Of a stretch of DNA of 64,000 nt, positions 62,942 through 64,000 are shown piece after piece (within the stretch, counting starts at the first letter, position 1; every line of letters begins with the position of its first letter). The notes beneath the pieces are model-generated. The model searched no databases, had not been told where the DNA came from, and saw only the letters and a program-made list of their open reading frames with translations. The stretch comes from Gammaproteobacteria bacterium (GTDB lineage: Bacteria; Pseudomonadota; Gammaproteobacteria; Acidiferrobacterales; Sulfurifustaceae). Both the position numbers and the translations under genes were made by a program. The stretch covers positions 28,975-92,974 of the forward strand of contig SCRL01000006.1 in NCBI GenBank assembly GCA_004298065.1, written 5' to 3'.

Positions 62942-64000
62942 TTAGAGCGTCCCACCGACCAAAGCTGACAAACGAGCTTCATTAAAATAACCTTCTTGTT
63001 CGCCTTTCGAGTTAGCCGTGAGTAATGCCTGACGTAAGGCATCCAGCTGCGAAGGCAATTTGCCCAGCCGCGTTAAAGTCTCTTTGTCCCATGGCGAAAG
63101 GGGCGTACGGGAAGGAAGTTGATCGAGCGCAAATGCGTCCATTCCGGCAACGCTCCACGCCAAACCCCGATCTTCCCAAAGACCGATTACTCTTGCGACG
63201 ATTTCAATACCGGCCGGGTCCGGGTCACACGCAATAACGGCATGGGTGGGTGCACGATCCAACAGCGTGCCAACGGCGTCCAACCACCAAGTGGGGGCGT
63301 AACCTGGTACCCAAAGTAGCCCTACGTTTGGTCGCAAGGCACAGGCTTTATCGAAAACCGTCCTGTTCTCAAGGATGATCCAGGCTGTGGGTGTGGTCAC
63401 CTTGGCCGCGTGAATAATGGCTGACGCTGGAAGACCAATCGGTCCGTGGGCAATCGACACATCAAGCATGCACTGCTGCCCGTCGGAGATGGCAAACGTG
63501 CCACCCACGAGCAACAACGGAACATGTTCGACGATGCCCGAAGGTTCGAGAACACCGTTCGTTTCCAGCCATCGCCAATCGGCATCTTCGATTCCCTTCG
63601 TGTGTCCCGTTGCGAAAAGCGCGAAGTCACGCCGCGTCCCTGACCTGCCATTTTCAAGCCAACGATCAAGATGCGGGATCAGGCGGGCTCTCCGCAACCT
63701 GACATCGAGGCGGCCTGTATCAAGCTGGGTTTGCAACTTATGCGTCAGCGCCGTACGTCCTTCGTATTCACGCGCTTTGGTCAACTCTGCCAGCAGGCCA
63801 TCGCGTTCCTGTATCCCGGCCAGAGCACGCAGCTCCCGTGCCGCAATTGGAATGACGCGTATCGGCTGCCAACCGCGCGCGTCCCTGCGCTCCACGAGCT
63901 TGATGTATCCCGCCTCCAACAACGTGGATAAGAGTAAGTGTGCGATCTCAACCCGTTGATGACCCGCTACCGCCAGCACGCGATCCCACCGCCAGTCGTT
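62942..64000 (-). CDS. jetD: Wadjet JetD-like protein (DUF3322 + Toprim-like DUF2220), 5' end outside window
   Basis: The frame is open to the window edge. The C-terminal WIILENRTVF ... VPGYAPTWW ... IACDPDPAGIEIVARV matches the DUF2220/Toprim signature of JetD. Confidence 0.65.
   Translation of the reverse strand, partial: NDWRWDRVLAVAGHQRVEIAHLLLSTLLEAGYIKLVERRDARGWQPIRVIPIAARELRALAGIQERDGLLAELTKAREYEGRTALTHKLQTQLDTGRLDVRLRRARLIPHLDRWLENGRSGTRRDFALFATGHTKGIEDADWRWLETNGVLEPSGIVEHVPLLLVGGTFAISDGQQCMLDVSIAHGPIGLPASAIIHAAKVTTPTAWIILENRTVFDKACALRPNVGLLWVPGYAPTWWLDAVGTLLDRAPTHAVIACDPDPAGIEIVARVIGLWEDRGLAWSVAGMDAFALDQLPSRTPLSPWDKETLTRLGKLPSQLDALRQALLTANSKGEQEGYFNEARLSALVGGTL

Noticed and set aside
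1-64000. Search for CRISPR arrays, tRNA, tmRNA or rRNA genes, and integrase genes at the island borders
   Set aside because: I saw no regularly spaced direct repeats, no tRNA-like T-arm or acceptor patterns in the intergenic regions, and no tyrosine or serine recombinase ORF. Absence judged by eye is not proof; tRNAscan, Infernal and a CRISPR finder should be run.

Overview
GC-rich proteobacterial chromosomal segment. All calls rest on reading the supplied ORF translations and the DNA by eye; no homology search was run. Backbone genes: an MDR-family oxidoreductase (5' partial), hemL, a HAMP-GGDEF-EAL protein, cytochrome c4, polA, a LOG-family protein, a histone-deacetylase-family protein, a TRAP transporter, uvrD and a PilZ protein. 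A 14-gene early-cobalt-insertion cobalamin operon (33973-45527, minus strand) sits behind a B12 riboswitch. A block rich in c-di-GMP signalling genes covers 47976-57743. Several visibly AT-richer accessory insertions interrupt this backbone. (1) A type II restriction-modification cassette with a C (controller) protein at 13.5-16.7 kb lies between the TRAP permease genes and their binding-protein gene. (2) An island of about 12.5 kb (21363 to about 33900) holds a tightly packed three-gene operon of unknown function, a Tn7-like tnsA-tnsB-tnsC-tniQ core, and decayed toxin-antitoxin-like remnants. (3) From 57.8 kb to the window end there is a run of small secreted or membrane proteins, a DUF3892 / phospholipase-C-like operon, a secreted HNH nuclease and the 3' end of a Wadjet jetD-like gene. 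The most interesting points are: the three-gene operon next to the Tn7-like core (candidate undescribed defence or TA module); a radical SAM/SPASM enzyme with a 49-aa precursor peptide embedded in the B12 operon; a GGA-rich Csr/Rsm-like sRNA candidate and a convergent sigma-E-type sRNA candidate in the cytochrome c4 / polA gap; and a sigma-54 DNA-binding region fused to a GIY-YIG nuclease. No rRNA, tRNA or CRISPR array was recognised. Most other long ORFs in the six-frame track are antisense or out-of-frame shadows typical of GC-rich DNA.
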